Virus record (IMG/VR): IMGVR_UViG_3300009873_000020
Location: 1,387 to 65,386 of that record
Reading direction: 5' to 3' (one strand)
Origin: a virus
Taxonomy: Duplodnaviria > Caudoviricetes
DNA: 64,000 nucleotides
Shown piece by piece: positions 47,306-56,666 of the stretch. The notes beneath the pieces were generated by a model. The model was not told the DNA's origin, made no database searches, and saw nothing but the letters and a program-made list of their open reading frames with translations. Position numbers and translations under genes: made by a program. How positions within the stretch are numbered: position 1 is the first letter of the stretch; the number at the start of each line of letters is the position of its first letter.

Positions 47306-47475
47306 TTCTTTTCGATACCGGCTTGTTCGCGCTTAAACTCTAAGTAAAGCTCAAGCCGTACCCGGTCCAGCTCGCACCGCCACAAGGCAAGCCAGGCGAG
47401 TAAAGACGCCCGCTCGTAGCTCGGCACCTCTTGAGTGTTGATATAGAAGCCCTGGCAGTCGGAACGGATCAGCAT
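47290..47475 (-). CDS. Hypothetical protein
   Basis: SD AGGAG. Confidence 0.45.
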   Translation of the reverse strand: MLIRSDCQGFYINTQEVPSYERASLLAWLALWRCELDRVRLELYLEFKREQAGIEKKCGVV

Positions 47476-47569
47476 GGCGCTCTCCTTTGAACGGTTGTCC
47501 GTAACTGAAGCGTAGCGCCTGATAAGGGCAGGTCAAGGGCAGAGTTTAGAATTTGGTTTAGCGGGAGGG

Positions 47570-47968
47570 TTAGCGTGTCTTCTCATTCTCCCACGCGCTT
47601 CCACCGAATCTTCTGGCGAGCCAGCGGAAGGGGCTTCTAAAGATTTGTAGCCAGCTATCTTTCATCCCCATCTTGATGAGATGCTTTAGCATGTCGTCAG
47701 CTTCTTTGCGCGTATGAAAGAGCTGGTATGCCGGGTTTTGGTATAAGTTGTCATGAATTGCACAAATCTCATCGAGCGGCGTGTTGATCGGCAGCACGAA
47801 CGGACTGATGCCGCACCTGTCCACGATGTCTAGCGTCTGCTCGTCATCTCGTAAGGCGAACACGCAACCAGCCAGCGGCCCTTCGACCGCAACCCACAAG
47901 TTGCGCTCATCTTTGGCGAGTATCGTTACGCCGAAGCGCTTTGTTACGAGGTAGCGGAGGGTGGTCAT
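47570..47968 (-). CDS. Hypothetical protein
   Basis: MTTLRYLV start coupled to upstream HNH stop. Confidence 0.55.
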   Translation of the reverse strand: MTTLRYLVTKRFGVTILAKDERNLWVAVEGPLAGCVFALRDDEQTLDIVDRCGISPFVLPINTPLDEICAIHDNLYQNPAYQLFHTRKEADDMLKHLIKMGMKDSWLQIFRSPFRWLARRFGGSAWENEKTR

Positions 47969-48624
47969 TGACGCCTCGCGCAACTTCGACAGCTTCCGTC
48001 TTTTGAAAGGAAGCAAGCACACACAGAGCACTTTCTAGTCCACGGGCGAATGCGACTACGAGCAAGGACAGCGTTAACAGTCTCTTGATCCCTTACACAA
48101 TGACTATAAGTGACTCCTTGAAGAAGATATCCAATTGCTCTCCGAGATACACCAAACCGAGCAGCGATCTCTTCCTGCGTCATGGTGTTAATAAGCTCGT
48201 ATCGGATCAGCAGCACATCGGCATCTTTTAGTTTAGTGTCTCTTCGCTTCTCTCCTCGTGCAAGTAAACCGTGTACCTGGGCATGGCGACGGTTCTCTTG
48301 CAAAGTGATAACTTCCAAGTTTGAAATATGATTGTTCGTCTTGTTGCCGTCTTTATGGTTTACTTCATGTCCGTTAGGAATAGGAGCAATAAAAGCTTCA
48401 GCCACCAGCCGATGAATTGACTCAACTCTCCTACAAGTGGACATGCATAAGTTAACGCATCGATAGCCAGCGCCCCAGAACGAGCCATTGAGAATCCGTC
48501 CAGCCTTAGCCCGATAGCTCTTAACACGCTTAACACGTCCAAAACTTGAAACCTCATACCAGCCTTCAGCTCCAGCCACCGGCCTCCATTCTTCTTGTTC
48601 CTGATTCGCTGCTTTACTTTCCAT
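47965..48624 (-). CDS. NUMOD4-HNH endonuclease
   Basis: EEWRPV.G.EG.YEVSS.GRV, HRLVAEAFI, EVNHKDGNK.NN..SNLE. Confidence 0.93.
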   Translation of the reverse strand: MESKAANQEQEEWRPVAGAEGWYEVSSFGRVKRVKSYRAKAGRILNGSFWGAGYRCVNLCMSTCRRVESIHRLVAEAFIAPIPNGHEVNHKDGNKTNNHISNLEVITLQENRRHAQVHGLLARGEKRRDTKLKDADVLLIRYELINTMTQEEIAARFGVSRRAIGYLLQGVTYSHCVRDQETVNAVLARSRIRPWTRKCSVCACFLSKDGSCRSCARRQ

Positions 48625-48651
48625 GCACCTCCATGCTAAGAATGTTACTCT

Positions 48652-48882
48652 ATGTCACATCGAGCAAATCTGTCAACAGTCAAGAAGCAAGTATCGAAGA
48701 GAGTCATCTCTCTTAGGGAACAGCATGGTTTGTCGCAAAGTGCCCTTGCTCGCAAGGCAAGAATTGGGCGAACTGGTTTATGTCACGTAGAGTCCGGCAG
48801 GCGCTTTCCCTCTATCTCCATGCTATTGCTGCTGGCTGACGCTCTTAACGTGACAACTGATCATTTACTTTGTCGCGAGTAG
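48652..48882 (+). CDS. XRE-family HTH regulator
   Basis: LREQHGLSQSALA...I....L..VESGRR.PS..ML..LADALNVT.D.LL. Confidence 0.88.
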   Translation: MSHRANLSTVKKQVSKRVISLREQHGLSQSALARKARIGRTGLCHVESGRRFPSISMLLLLADALNVTTDHLLCRE

Positions 48883-48987
48883 AAGGGAACGCGTTAGTCT
48901 TGAACGGTTCTTAACCGTCGAAGGCTAGCGGCGCATTGAAAGAGGTTTTCAATCGGTTAGCTTTCGTGCTCAGAGAAAGGAGACGAG

Positions 48988-49740
48988 ATGGCAACAAGCA
49001 AGCTTGTGCTCCATCGAGGAGCCGTGACTGTGAGTGAGGAGGAGCTACGGACCTACAAGGCCCCGCAGCCGGTTGGCCGTTGGGTCCCGCTGGATCACAG
49101 CCGGGTTCTGGACATGGTGCGCGGGACGTTGGTGGACTGCGGCTACAACATTCGCGCTCTCAAGCTCGGAGTCAGTCGCGAAGGACACCGGCTGTTCGGC
49201 ACGATGGACCTGGACACCAGCATCGCGGTCGGAGTGACGCTCGCAGTGGGGTTCAGGTCATCAACAGACCGCAGCTTTCCACTTGCTATGTGCTGCGGCT
49301 CGCATGTTTTCTGCTGCGACAATATGGCATTCAGGAGCGAAATCGCCATCAAGGCCAAGCATACTCTCCACGGAGAGTCTCGCTTTCAGGCTGGGATCGC
49401 GAACGCCGTCGCTCAACTGGGTCAGTTCAAGATCGAGGAAGAGCAGAACGTCCGAGGAATGCAGGAACTTCAGCTCAAGGACGAGCAGGCAGAGTCACTC
49501 ATTCTACGTGCGTTTGAACGTGGAATTCTGAACACGCACCAGCTCCCCGGAGTGATCCGCGAGTGGCGCACTCCCAGCTACCCCGAGTTCGAGCCGAGAA
49601 ATATGTGGTCTCTTTTTAACGCTTGCACCACGATCCTCGGCAGCGTCCAGCGCTCAAATCCGCAGAAATTTTCTGTGGTCACGATGCGCTTGAATTCGCT
49701 CCTGTCGCCGAAGGATCCCCAACTCCAACAGGCGGTGTAG
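48988..49740 (+). CDS. Second DUF932-family protein
   Basis: W.P..H, LFG...L, GFR.S.D.SF, G..VF.CDNMAF, W.LFNA.T. Confidence 0.8.
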   Translation: MATSKLVLHRGAVTVSEEELRTYKAPQPVGRWVPLDHSRVLDMVRGTLVDCGYNIRALKLGVSREGHRLFGTMDLDTSIAVGVTLAVGFRSSTDRSFPLAMCCGSHVFCCDNMAFRSEIAIKAKHTLHGESRFQAGIANAVAQLGQFKIEEEQNVRGMQELQLKDEQAESLILRAFERGILNTHQLPGVIREWRTPSYPEFEPRNMWSLFNACTTILGSVQRSNPQKFSVVTMRLNSLLSPKDPQLQQAV

Positions 49741-49784
49741 TCCACCATGTCCCGCTCTCTCAAGAAAGGATCGGTGTTCGCGTC

Positions 49785-50168
49785 ATGGGCAAAGCAAACG
49801 GCAGGAAGAAGGCACAGGCCCCTGCCCCTGCGCCACAACAGCAACAACAGCGTGACAGGCCGGTGCACGAGGTTCGGCGTGGGAACATCCGGGCCTCGAT
49901 CTGGCTCAACCACCACGCCGAGAAAGGCGAGTGGTTCAACGTGACCACCAGCCGGGCCTACAAGGACGCTCAGGGCAACTGGAAGAACGCCACGAGCTAC
50001 GGCAAGGACGACCTCCTGGCCCTCGGTGAAGTGTCGCGCCTGGCCTACCACTGGATCGAGCTGGAGCAGCAGCGGCGATTTCTCGAATCGCGTCAGCAGC
50101 AGCAGCACGAGCGGCAGCCGGGAGAGGATGATCTGGAGCCGCACGCAGAGGAGCCCATCCCGTTCTAG
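49785..50168 (+). CDS. Small PC4/SSB-like DNA-binding protein
   Basis: PVHEVR.G.IRASIW.N....G.WFNVT.SR.YKD..G.WK....Y..DDLL.L. Confidence 0.6.
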   Translation: MGKANGRKKAQAPAPAPQQQQQRDRPVHEVRRGNIRASIWLNHHAEKGEWFNVTTSRAYKDAQGNWKNATSYGKDDLLALGEVSRLAYHWIELEQQRRFLESRQQQQHERQPGEDDLEPHAEEPIPF

Positions 50169-50423
50169 CAATTTTCAGGGCACGGATGCCCCTTTCTTCT
50201 TACAGGTTCTTTACTTGCGCCGCTTCCTTCAAATCGAAAAATTCTGCTCTTGCGGCGCCGCCCCCCGGCGCGCCCATAATCCACGAACCGAAATCGTCTC
50301 GCCCCACCACCACGACCGCCGCCCGATACATCTCCAACAACGGGGATGTACAGGATGGCGGGAAAATATGCTGTGCCCGTCCTCCTGTTGTGTTTGCAAA
50401 CCAAACTAACGGAGGGAGACAAC

Positions 50424-50816
50424 ATGGATGAGTACGTGTATCAGCAGGGGCTTTGGGTTCGGGACTACGAGAGCCTGGAAACTTTGGCCCCGACAGTGAG
50501 GTGGTTTGGGGATAGGGATGAGGACGCAAGGGCGCTTGTGGCGATGAAAATCGCTCATCGCGGCACTCAGCCCGTCACCTGGCAGTTTCTCCAAGAGGGT
50601 GACAGCGTTGTGCTTCACGGGCCCGGAGAGCCTGACGAGGAGGAGTACGGGATCGTTTTCTGGGACGGCATAGAATCGATCTGGGGGGGCGTTAGCATCG
50701 TCAAGGTCCACTTCGGCCCCGACCCGGAAGTGCCGTTTGACCCCGACCCGAAAGTGTTTTTCATTTCGGCGGGGGATCAGATCCACCTGTACTCGTTAGC
50801 GTCGGAGGTTCGATGA
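50424..50816 (+). CDS. Hypothetical protein
   Basis: SD GGAGGGAG before MDEYVY. Confidence 0.55.
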   Translation: MDEYVYQQGLWVRDYESLETLAPTVRWFGDRDEDARALVAMKIAHRGTQPVTWQFLQEGDSVVLHGPGEPDEEEYGIVFWDGIESIWGGVSIVKVHFGPDPEVPFDPDPKVFFISAGDQIHLYSLASEVR

Positions 50817-51025
50817 AGAGGAGCGCAAAAGCGGACAGACTTTTGCGTTACCAACGGTGGGCGAGGTGGTGGCTAGTCTACTTTATCCTCGTTACCATCG
50901 CTTACGTCGGTGTGGCTGTAATCTGGTGGATCTTGCAGCACCACTACGAAGGCTCAACCAGGCGGCTACGGCATGATGTACGCCTAAAAACCGTCCGGCT
51001 ACTCGATCAAATGGGTATCGATTAA
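50813..51025 (+). CDS. Small single-TM protein
   Basis: Basic N-terminus then hydrophobic helix; SD GGAGG. Confidence 0.6.
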   Translation: MKRSAKADRLLRYQRWARWWLVYFILVTIAYVGVAVIWWILQHHYEGSTRRLRHDVRLKTVRLLDQMGID

Positions 51026-51050
51026 GCCGATAATTCTGTCAACACCCTGT

Positions 51051-51089
51051 AAGGCCCAGATCATAATGATCTGGGCCTTGCCCTTTTTT
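51051..51089 (+). terminator. Rho-independent terminator
   Basis: AAGGCCCAGATCA/TGATCTGGGCCTT 13-bp stem, T run. Confidence 0.8.
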
Positions 51090-51475
51090 GCGTTTTTTTA
51101 GGCATCTGCTCTGGGCGTTCAAGCGGTGCGGGAAGATGGTGATTAATGGCTCGCCATCAAAAGCCGAAACCTAGAGAAAAACTTATATGAATGGCCCCGG
51201 TGAAATGCTTACTTGCGAATGCCTCTCCCACATTGCAAATAAAGCACTTCAACCGGGAACCATTCAGGTAGGAGCGCCAGTGTACTACGTTTGCCGGCGC
51301 GACGAAACAAAAGTAAACCTCGTTGACGGGTCGCGTATAATCGAATTGGGGGTGGGTGATGCCTGTACACCCTCCACCCCCGCGCTTGACGCGCCCGTCG
51401 CTAGCACCCTATCCCTTGGCAAGATCCACGCCTGGAGAGCTTGCCTCTGTTTCGGGGCTAGTGGCGGGTAGCGTC

Positions 51476-52108
51476 TCACTTCTTCTCTTGCTCTGCAAAC
51501 ACCTTGACGCTTCTTCGCTTAAAGACGCGGCATGTCTTGTCGATAGGTTCTAGTCCCCTTCGTTTCCGCTCGTCGTTCACGAGGTTGATCAGCCGCCTGA
51601 TCTGTATCACGACCGGGCCGTAGTTCTGCCACTTGAGCGAGCGGAACTTCGCTTCGAGCCACTCCTTCTTGGCCGGGGCGCATTTCAGCAGGTACTCTCG
51701 CTCGTGGGCGAAGTCGTAATCCCTGATCCGAACGTGCGGGTGTCCGGCCTTGTAGCTGATGCTGTAGCCGAACACGTAGATGGGATACTTGTCGCACTTC
51801 TTGAAGCTTTTGGCCTCGGCCAGGTGGACCGGGTGCCGCCCTTCGGTGGCCATCAGAATCCAGAGACGCTTGTAGCGGAGGTACTGAACGCGGGCCTCGC
51901 CCCGGAGCTTCTGGCGATAGCGGGTGTCTTTCGAGCAGTAGATGCCGTATTGGTCGAGCATCTTCTTGTCAAACGCTTCCGGGGTTTTTGGGTGCTGTAC
52001 AACGCCCGTTGTATAGTAGTAATAGCCCCAGCGGATATAGTGGACCGCTACTTGCTGGACAAATCCGGGGAGTGTCGTTGCGACATATTGATATTTCGCT
52101 TGCTTCAT
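51476..52108 (-). CDS. Conserved hypothetical basic protein (possible replication/DNA-binding)
   Basis: GFVQQ.AV.YI..GY..Y..G, D.K....YG, VQYLRY; Tyr/Arg/Lys-rich. Confidence 0.7.
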   Translation of the reverse strand: MKQAKYQYVATTLPGFVQQVAVHYIRWGYYYYTTGVVQHPKTPEAFDKKMLDQYGIYCSKDTRYRQKLRGEARVQYLRYKRLWILMATEGRHPVHLAEAKSFKKCDKYPIYVFGYSISYKAGHPHVRIRDYDFAHEREYLLKCAPAKKEWLEAKFRSLKWQNYGPVVIQIRRLINLVNDERKRRGLEPIDKTCRVFKRRSVKVFAEQEKK

Positions 52109-52903
52109 GTCTTGATAACAAGGGTGAATTTGTTAGGCACAAATTCTAAAGCCGAACCTGTTTGCAAGTATCCTTTGATACGACTCGACGCATGTAAAGG
52201 ACTCGCGTAACCTTCTAGATTTGGCCCCGAGCATCCCTGCTTGGCGCGTCAGCACATGCCGTTTTTGATACACGGATCCTTTCATGTGAAATCGTCTTTA
52301 GCGATTTCCCGCTTCCCCCACTGCCTTGCAGAGGCCGCTCTTACTTGGACCCTCACCCTTACTCAAAGTATTTGAGTAGATCCCAACTTATCTCTTGGCT
52401 TTCGCTTGCCGCCTCACGTCGCTCAGCAATTGTTGCGGACCGTGGGGGCGCTAGGGCATCTCCCGATGCGTGCGGTCGAGACTGCTAGAGCAGTTTCTTT
52501 CGGCCCCAAGGACACAGAAAAACAGGCTTACCTTCCCCCACAGCTTTTCACGGTTCGGCACCGTCTTGCGGCAAACTCACTCTCTGCGGTTAAGCTATCT
52601 GGCCCCTGTCGTCACCGAGCAGAGGCTTCCCCGCTTGAGCTGAGTTAAGTTTTCACTTCCCTCCAGGCCGGATTCGCACCAGCTTTAGCCAAGCCTTCAT
52701 TGTCGCAGCATCTATCAACGATAGAACTATTATAAGAACAGAGCAGACGAGTCGCCTCGTACCCCGCTCAGTATATCAGGCGTACATGTGCCATGCGTTT
52801 TTTGGCTTGACGCGAGTTTAGGGCAGGGTGCCTGGAAGTACAAGCGCCCCTTTTTACAGAAGGGGCTGAAACTGTGCCATGTCACTCTTCGGAGGAAGAT
52901 CGA

Positions 52904-53059
52904 TTAATGGACAAAAAACAGGGTGATACAAACCATGGCCGCCGTCAACAATACACACAGGGCGGCAAGCGACACCGGCCTTACAATACTCAGGAGCCAG
53001 TAAGCGTACATGCGGCGGCGATAGTGCCGCATCCTTGAACGTTCGTAAGCAATATCCAT
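52904..53059 (-). CDS. Small single-TM protein
   Basis: SD AAGGGG before MDIAYER; hydrophobic C-terminus. Confidence 0.5.
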   Translation of the reverse strand: MDIAYERSRMRHYRRRMYAYWLLSIVRPVSLAALCVLLTAAMVCITLFFVH

Positions 53060-53133
53060 TGGATAATCCCCCTTGATGACAACACTTAGGGCATGGTAGC
53101 ATGTGCACCGGTGTAGTAGCAACTTTGTATTAA

Positions 53134-53286
53134 ATGAGCATGAAGAAAGAAGAAAAACGACAACGAACGACCCTGTATTTTAAGACGAGCTTTAAAAAGA
53201 AAGCCAAAACTCATTGCAAGAAAACAAAGGTCAGCATGAGCCGCTGGCTGGAGGAATTGGCCGAGGCCGCGCTTAAGGGGTGCTGA
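53134..53286 (+). CDS. 50-aa ribbon-helix-helix-like regulator (not in ORF track)
   Basis: RTTLYFK beta strand, then SMSRWLEEL helix. Confidence 0.55.
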   Translation: MSMKKEEKRQRTTLYFKTSFKKKAKTHCKKTKVSMSRWLEELAEAALKGC

Positions 53287-53484
53287 ATGAATGGAGAAGA
53301 ACTCACGCCAGAGGAGCGGCGAGCGTTCTTTGAGGGGGAGCGCTCAAGTTTGCGGAAATACGCCTACCGCCTTGACGGGATCTTGATGGTCAGCCCGACC
53401 TGTACGCTGAAGTCGGCACTAGAGAAGATCGACCAGGCCGAGAGGGGAACCAAGATGGTGCGAGATGCTGGTAAAAAAAGGTGA
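53287..53484 (+). CDS. Hypothetical protein
   Basis: Abuts previous stop. Confidence 0.5.
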   Translation: MNGEELTPEERRAFFEGERSSLRKYAYRLDGILMVSPTCTLKSALEKIDQAERGTKMVRDAGKKR

Positions 53485-53704
53485 GTATTGCGACGTGTGC
53501 GGAGAGCGTATCCTGTTAATAGCGCACGAGTCGCGGGAGTTTCGCGTGGACCAGATCAAGGAAACGCTCTACTGCCACAAGCGCTGCATCCCGGCCCTTC
53601 AGGCCGCTCAGGGCGACTGGAGCAAGCTGCCGCATGGGCCGCTTCGGACAGCGTTCGAGCGGGACGATGCGGCAAGACAACTGTTGATTAAGGAGGTTGA
53701 GTGA
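53465..53704 (+). CDS. Zn-finger hypothetical protein
   Basis: CDVC...CH..C. Confidence 0.55.
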   Translation: MLVKKGEYCDVCGERILLIAHESREFRVDQIKETLYCHKRCIPALQAAQGDWSKLPHGPLRTAFERDDAARQLLIKEVE

Positions 53705-54807
53705 AACGATTTCTAATACTACTGGCTTTTCCCTCCATCGCGTTAGCGCAGCACTCAAACTATAACCAGTGCGTTTCGTACTGGAAAAAGCAATGTAAGG
53801 CCATCTACGCTACCCCCACTCCGACGCCAAAACCGACCCGAACGCCGAAGCCAACGCCGACCAGGACGCCCGAGCCGGAACCGACCTCGGGGGGCGGTGG
53901 CTTGATGATCGACGAATGGGAAACGGCAATGGTGACGCACGGCACCAAGCACTGTGACAGGATGAAAAGCGGCTCAGTCAGTAACGCGCAAAAGCTCCCC
54001 GACACTTACTACGACCTGGAGCGGATCGCCTTTCAGATAGCTGACTACACCCAAGACGAGAGCTGGACGCTATGCGCCCAGGCCGCCGAGAAGGTGTACC
54101 GAGACCATTTCTTGCGAGCGGACAACGCGCAAGCGCCGGGGTACTGGGTGTTCTCACATGGTTTGCACATGGACTATGACCGGACGGGAGACGCCGAGAG
54201 CAAGCGTTTCGTGGGGTTGTTAGCCATCAACGCTGCGTTTGCCCAGGCAAGCCCCTGGAACGATAAAGAGATGCCGAAAGCGGCGTACAGCAGGGAAACG
54301 GCCTATGCCCTCATGACGCACCTTGCCAACGCCAAGCTCGGCACCATCAACACGGCCCGGATCGCACAGCTCGCAGGTTTCGCGCTCGGACACATAGACC
54401 AATGGGCGAACAACCAGACATTCGTCAAGCCCTTCATGGCGGCCCTGACCGCCGAGGCCCTGATCGAGTACCACGCTCGCTACGACGATAGCCGCGTGCT
54501 GCCTGCCCTTGAGAAGCTGGCCGATTACGTCTGGGACAAGACCTGGCGGCAGAGCGCTGAGGCGTTCTTGTATATCGACAGGTCTATTTCTGGAGAAGAC
54601 CCATCAATCCCAGCTCCAGATTTGAACCTCCTTATCTCACCAATGTTTTCTTGGCTATGGTATCAAACAGGACAAGTACGGTTCAAAGATCGACATGACG
54701 CAATTTGGAACGGTGGCGTGAAGCGAGCATGGCTTGCTGGAGCGAAGGTATTTAACCAGTCTATGAGATGGTCAATTCAAGGGCTTAAGTGGAGGCAAAG
54801 TAAATGA
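53701..54807 (+). CDS. Exported helical-barrel protein, paralogue of 17435-18730, with Pro/Thr linker
   Basis: Signal peptide MKRFLILLAFPSIALA; (PT)n linker; YYD, PGYW.F, RE.AYAL, GHID.W, KPF, EAFLYI, GEDP..PAPDLN.LI shared. Confidence 0.8.
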   Translation: MKRFLILLAFPSIALAQHSNYNQCVSYWKKQCKAIYATPTPTPKPTRTPKPTPTRTPEPEPTSGGGGLMIDEWETAMVTHGTKHCDRMKSGSVSNAQKLPDTYYDLERIAFQIADYTQDESWTLCAQAAEKVYRDHFLRADNAQAPGYWVFSHGLHMDYDRTGDAESKRFVGLLAINAAFAQASPWNDKEMPKAAYSRETAYALMTHLANAKLGTINTARIAQLAGFALGHIDQWANNQTFVKPFMAALTAEALIEYHARYDDSRVLPALEKLADYVWDKTWRQSAEAFLYIDRSISGEDPSIPAPDLNLLISPMFSWLWYQTGQVRFKDRHDAIWNGGVKRAWLAGAKVFNQSMRWSIQGLKWRQSK

Positions 54808-55004
54808 AAATTATCAATGAAGAACAATTAGACTCAAAACTCGATCATCTGATTGATGAATCAACGGAGAGAGCGAAGCTTGCAACGGCAAATGGCTTAA
54901 AAGAGATTGCCGCCTATGAGCTAGGATATCAGAGAGCATTGTATGAGATCATGGACGTTGGCGGGACGCTTGCTTATCTGCCGGAGCAAAACAGTGAGGC
55001 ATGA
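54804..55004 (+). CDS. Hypothetical protein
   Basis: Coupled to upstream stop; SD GGAGG. Confidence 0.55.
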   Translation: MKIINEEQLDSKLDHLIDESTERAKLATANGLKEIAAYELGYQRALYEIMDVGGTLAYLPEQNSEA

Positions 55005-55168
55005 ATAATGTCCTTGAGGTGCGGATAGTGCCGAAGTCGTTAACACTCCTGCTCATTGCGAGCTTGGCTTACATTGTAGTTGCATTTCTGGTTTGGTTTG
55101 TAACGAGAGGATTCTACGATGATGAAAACGAGCAAGACGAGCCCAATCCCTATTCCCCCCGCTCTTGA
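55001..55168 (+). CDS. 55-aa single-TM protein (not in ORF track)
   Basis: ATGA coupling, SD GAGG, hydrophobic core, acidic tail. Confidence 0.55.
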   Translation: MNNVLEVRIVPKSLTLLLIASLAYIVVAFLVWFVTRGFYDDENEQDEPNPYSPRS

Positions 55169-55337
55169 TCTTACGCACCCGGTAAACTTACGGGCCGATC
55201 TGTTCGAGAGCTTCATCAGGCACAAGCTCGACGAGGTGGCCGAGCACAACTTTCTCTTGGGCTACACGATGGCGGGCGGGACGATAGAAGAGGCGGACAA
55301 GGCTTGGGAGAGGGTAAAGAAAGATAGGGAATTATGA
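55119..55337 (+). CDS. Hypothetical protein
   Basis: SD GAGGA. Confidence 0.55.
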   Translation: MMKTSKTSPIPIPPALDLTHPVNLRADLFESFIRHKLDEVAEHNFLLGYTMAGGTIEEADKAWERVKKDREL

Positions 55338-55936
55338 AACTACTATTCGCAACACTACTTTTTGCAATGCCTGCCTACGCCCAAACCATCCCGCTTTACG
55401 TCGTATCAGTGGATGGCCCAAACGCCCTATCGTACCAGCAGGTAAACAGCCTGCTCGCCAACATGCGGCAATACTTTTTGCAAGAAACCGGCATTAACTT
55501 TGTGGTGAAGCGCCACGTCCGGGACCGGCAGCGCTTCCCCTTGTGCAACCAACTCGCAAACCGGCTTTTGTGCTATAGCCGCTGGAGCGGACGGCTGGCA
55601 AGGAGGAGCCGGAACAAGCGCACTTTGAGGCTTGCGATCCTGCCGCCCGCCCAGGACCAGGGCATCTGGTGGATGTGGGGCTATGCTCAAACAGGCTGCA
55701 GCTACGGGCGAAGGCTCGCCAGTGCCGTCATTGGTGCTATGCCCAGAAACCACCTCGGCCAGCCCCGCGAGGCTCACTCGATGGTGTATGCTGCACACGA
55801 ATTAATGCACCTCGCCTCAGGCACCCACCAGGACGCAAGGCCGAACCTGATGCACTCCGACGCCCTCAAATACTTCGCCGGCTACTTGCCCGTTGAGGAC
55901 CAGACCCGGCGCGAGGTGTCAGCTTGCATCCGGTGA
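55334..55936 (+). CDS. Exported zincin-like metalloprotease
   Basis: Signal peptide MKLLFATLLFAMPAYA; AHELMHLASGTH (HExxHxxGxxH-like), NLMH Met-turn. Confidence 0.75.
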   Translation: MKLLFATLLFAMPAYAQTIPLYVVSVDGPNALSYQQVNSLLANMRQYFLQETGINFVVKRHVRDRQRFPLCNQLANRLLCYSRWSGRLARRSRNKRTLRLAILPPAQDQGIWWMWGYAQTGCSYGRRLASAVIGAMPRNHLGQPREAHSMVYAAHELMHLASGTHQDARPNLMHSDALKYFAGYLPVEDQTRREVSACIR

Positions 55937-56319
55937 CGCCGATTTTACTAATCGAGGACAACCCAGGCGATCAGGTCTTGATGCAGGAGGCGTTTCGGCC
56001 CTACCCGGTGAATCTCCACGTCGCCTGGTCGGTTGACTCGGCAAGGAACATGCTGGCCGAGAACATCTATAGCCTCGTGCTGCTCGATTATAATCTCCCC
56101 AGGGTGGCCGGGGCGGACGCGGTACGGCTCGTCAAGTCGCTTGTCCCGCCTACGACTCCGGTGATCGCCCTTAGTGGCTCAGACCATACCCTCACCATCA
56201 AGGCCGCGTATGACGCCGGAGCCAACTGCTACCTGGTCAAGCCCGTGGGTTATCAGGATTTGGAGGACTTGATCAAAGCGCTCTATGAGTTTTGGATCGT
56301 CAGGGTGCAGAGGGGTTAA
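55933..56319 (+). CDS. Single-domain response regulator receiver (Rcp1-like)
   Basis: ILLIEDN, LVLLDYNLP (phospho-Asp), ALSGS, AYDAGAN.YLVKP; GTGA coupling. Confidence 0.93.
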   Translation: MTPILLIEDNPGDQVLMQEAFRPYPVNLHVAWSVDSARNMLAENIYSLVLLDYNLPRVAGADAVRLVKSLVPPTTPVIALSGSDHTLTIKAAYDAGANCYLVKPVGYQDLEDLIKALYEFWIVRVQRG

Positions 56320-56666
56320 AGGTATATCTCCCTCATCCTCTGCCATCTGTTATCCGCCACCACCACCTGCTGCATGTGATGCTCGTGCCAGTAGAAACTT
56401 CTGCCGTCCGGGTCCATGTTGACTTCAGAGCCGTACTTGGCGCGGCACAGGGCTTTGTGGAAGCGGGGGTTGAACAGAAGGGTGTCTATATGGCCGTATA
56501 AATACGAATGACAAGCAGGAGGAACAAGATTATCTTCGCACACACAGACTTCACCGCTGATAACCTCAATGCAGTATCGCCAAGAGGGTCTTCCGCCCCA
56601 AGGCTCTGTATAGCCTCCATCCCACGCCCGCTCGATGAGCGCCTTTATGATTTCGTCGCGGGTTAT
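56316..56666 (-). CDS. Hypothetical protein, probably starting at ATA 56666
   Basis: Frame open from ATA directly after in-frame TAA; SD GAGGAG 5 nt upstream. Confidence 0.5.
   Translation of the reverse strand: MTRDEIIKALIERAWDGGYTEPWGGRPSWRYCIEVISGEVCVCEDNLVPPACHSYLYGHIDTLLFNPRFHKALCRAKYGSEVNMDPDGRSFYWHEHHMQQVVVADNRWQRMREIYL

Noticed and set aside
51187-51471. 94-aa ORF after the terminator
   Set aside because: Weak SD, no motif, and it lies in the gap between convergent units; not supportable as a gene.
51140-52160. AAAGCCGAA(A)CCT repeats flanking the 51476-52108 gene
   Set aside because: Short, imperfect and only two copies; compatible with chance.
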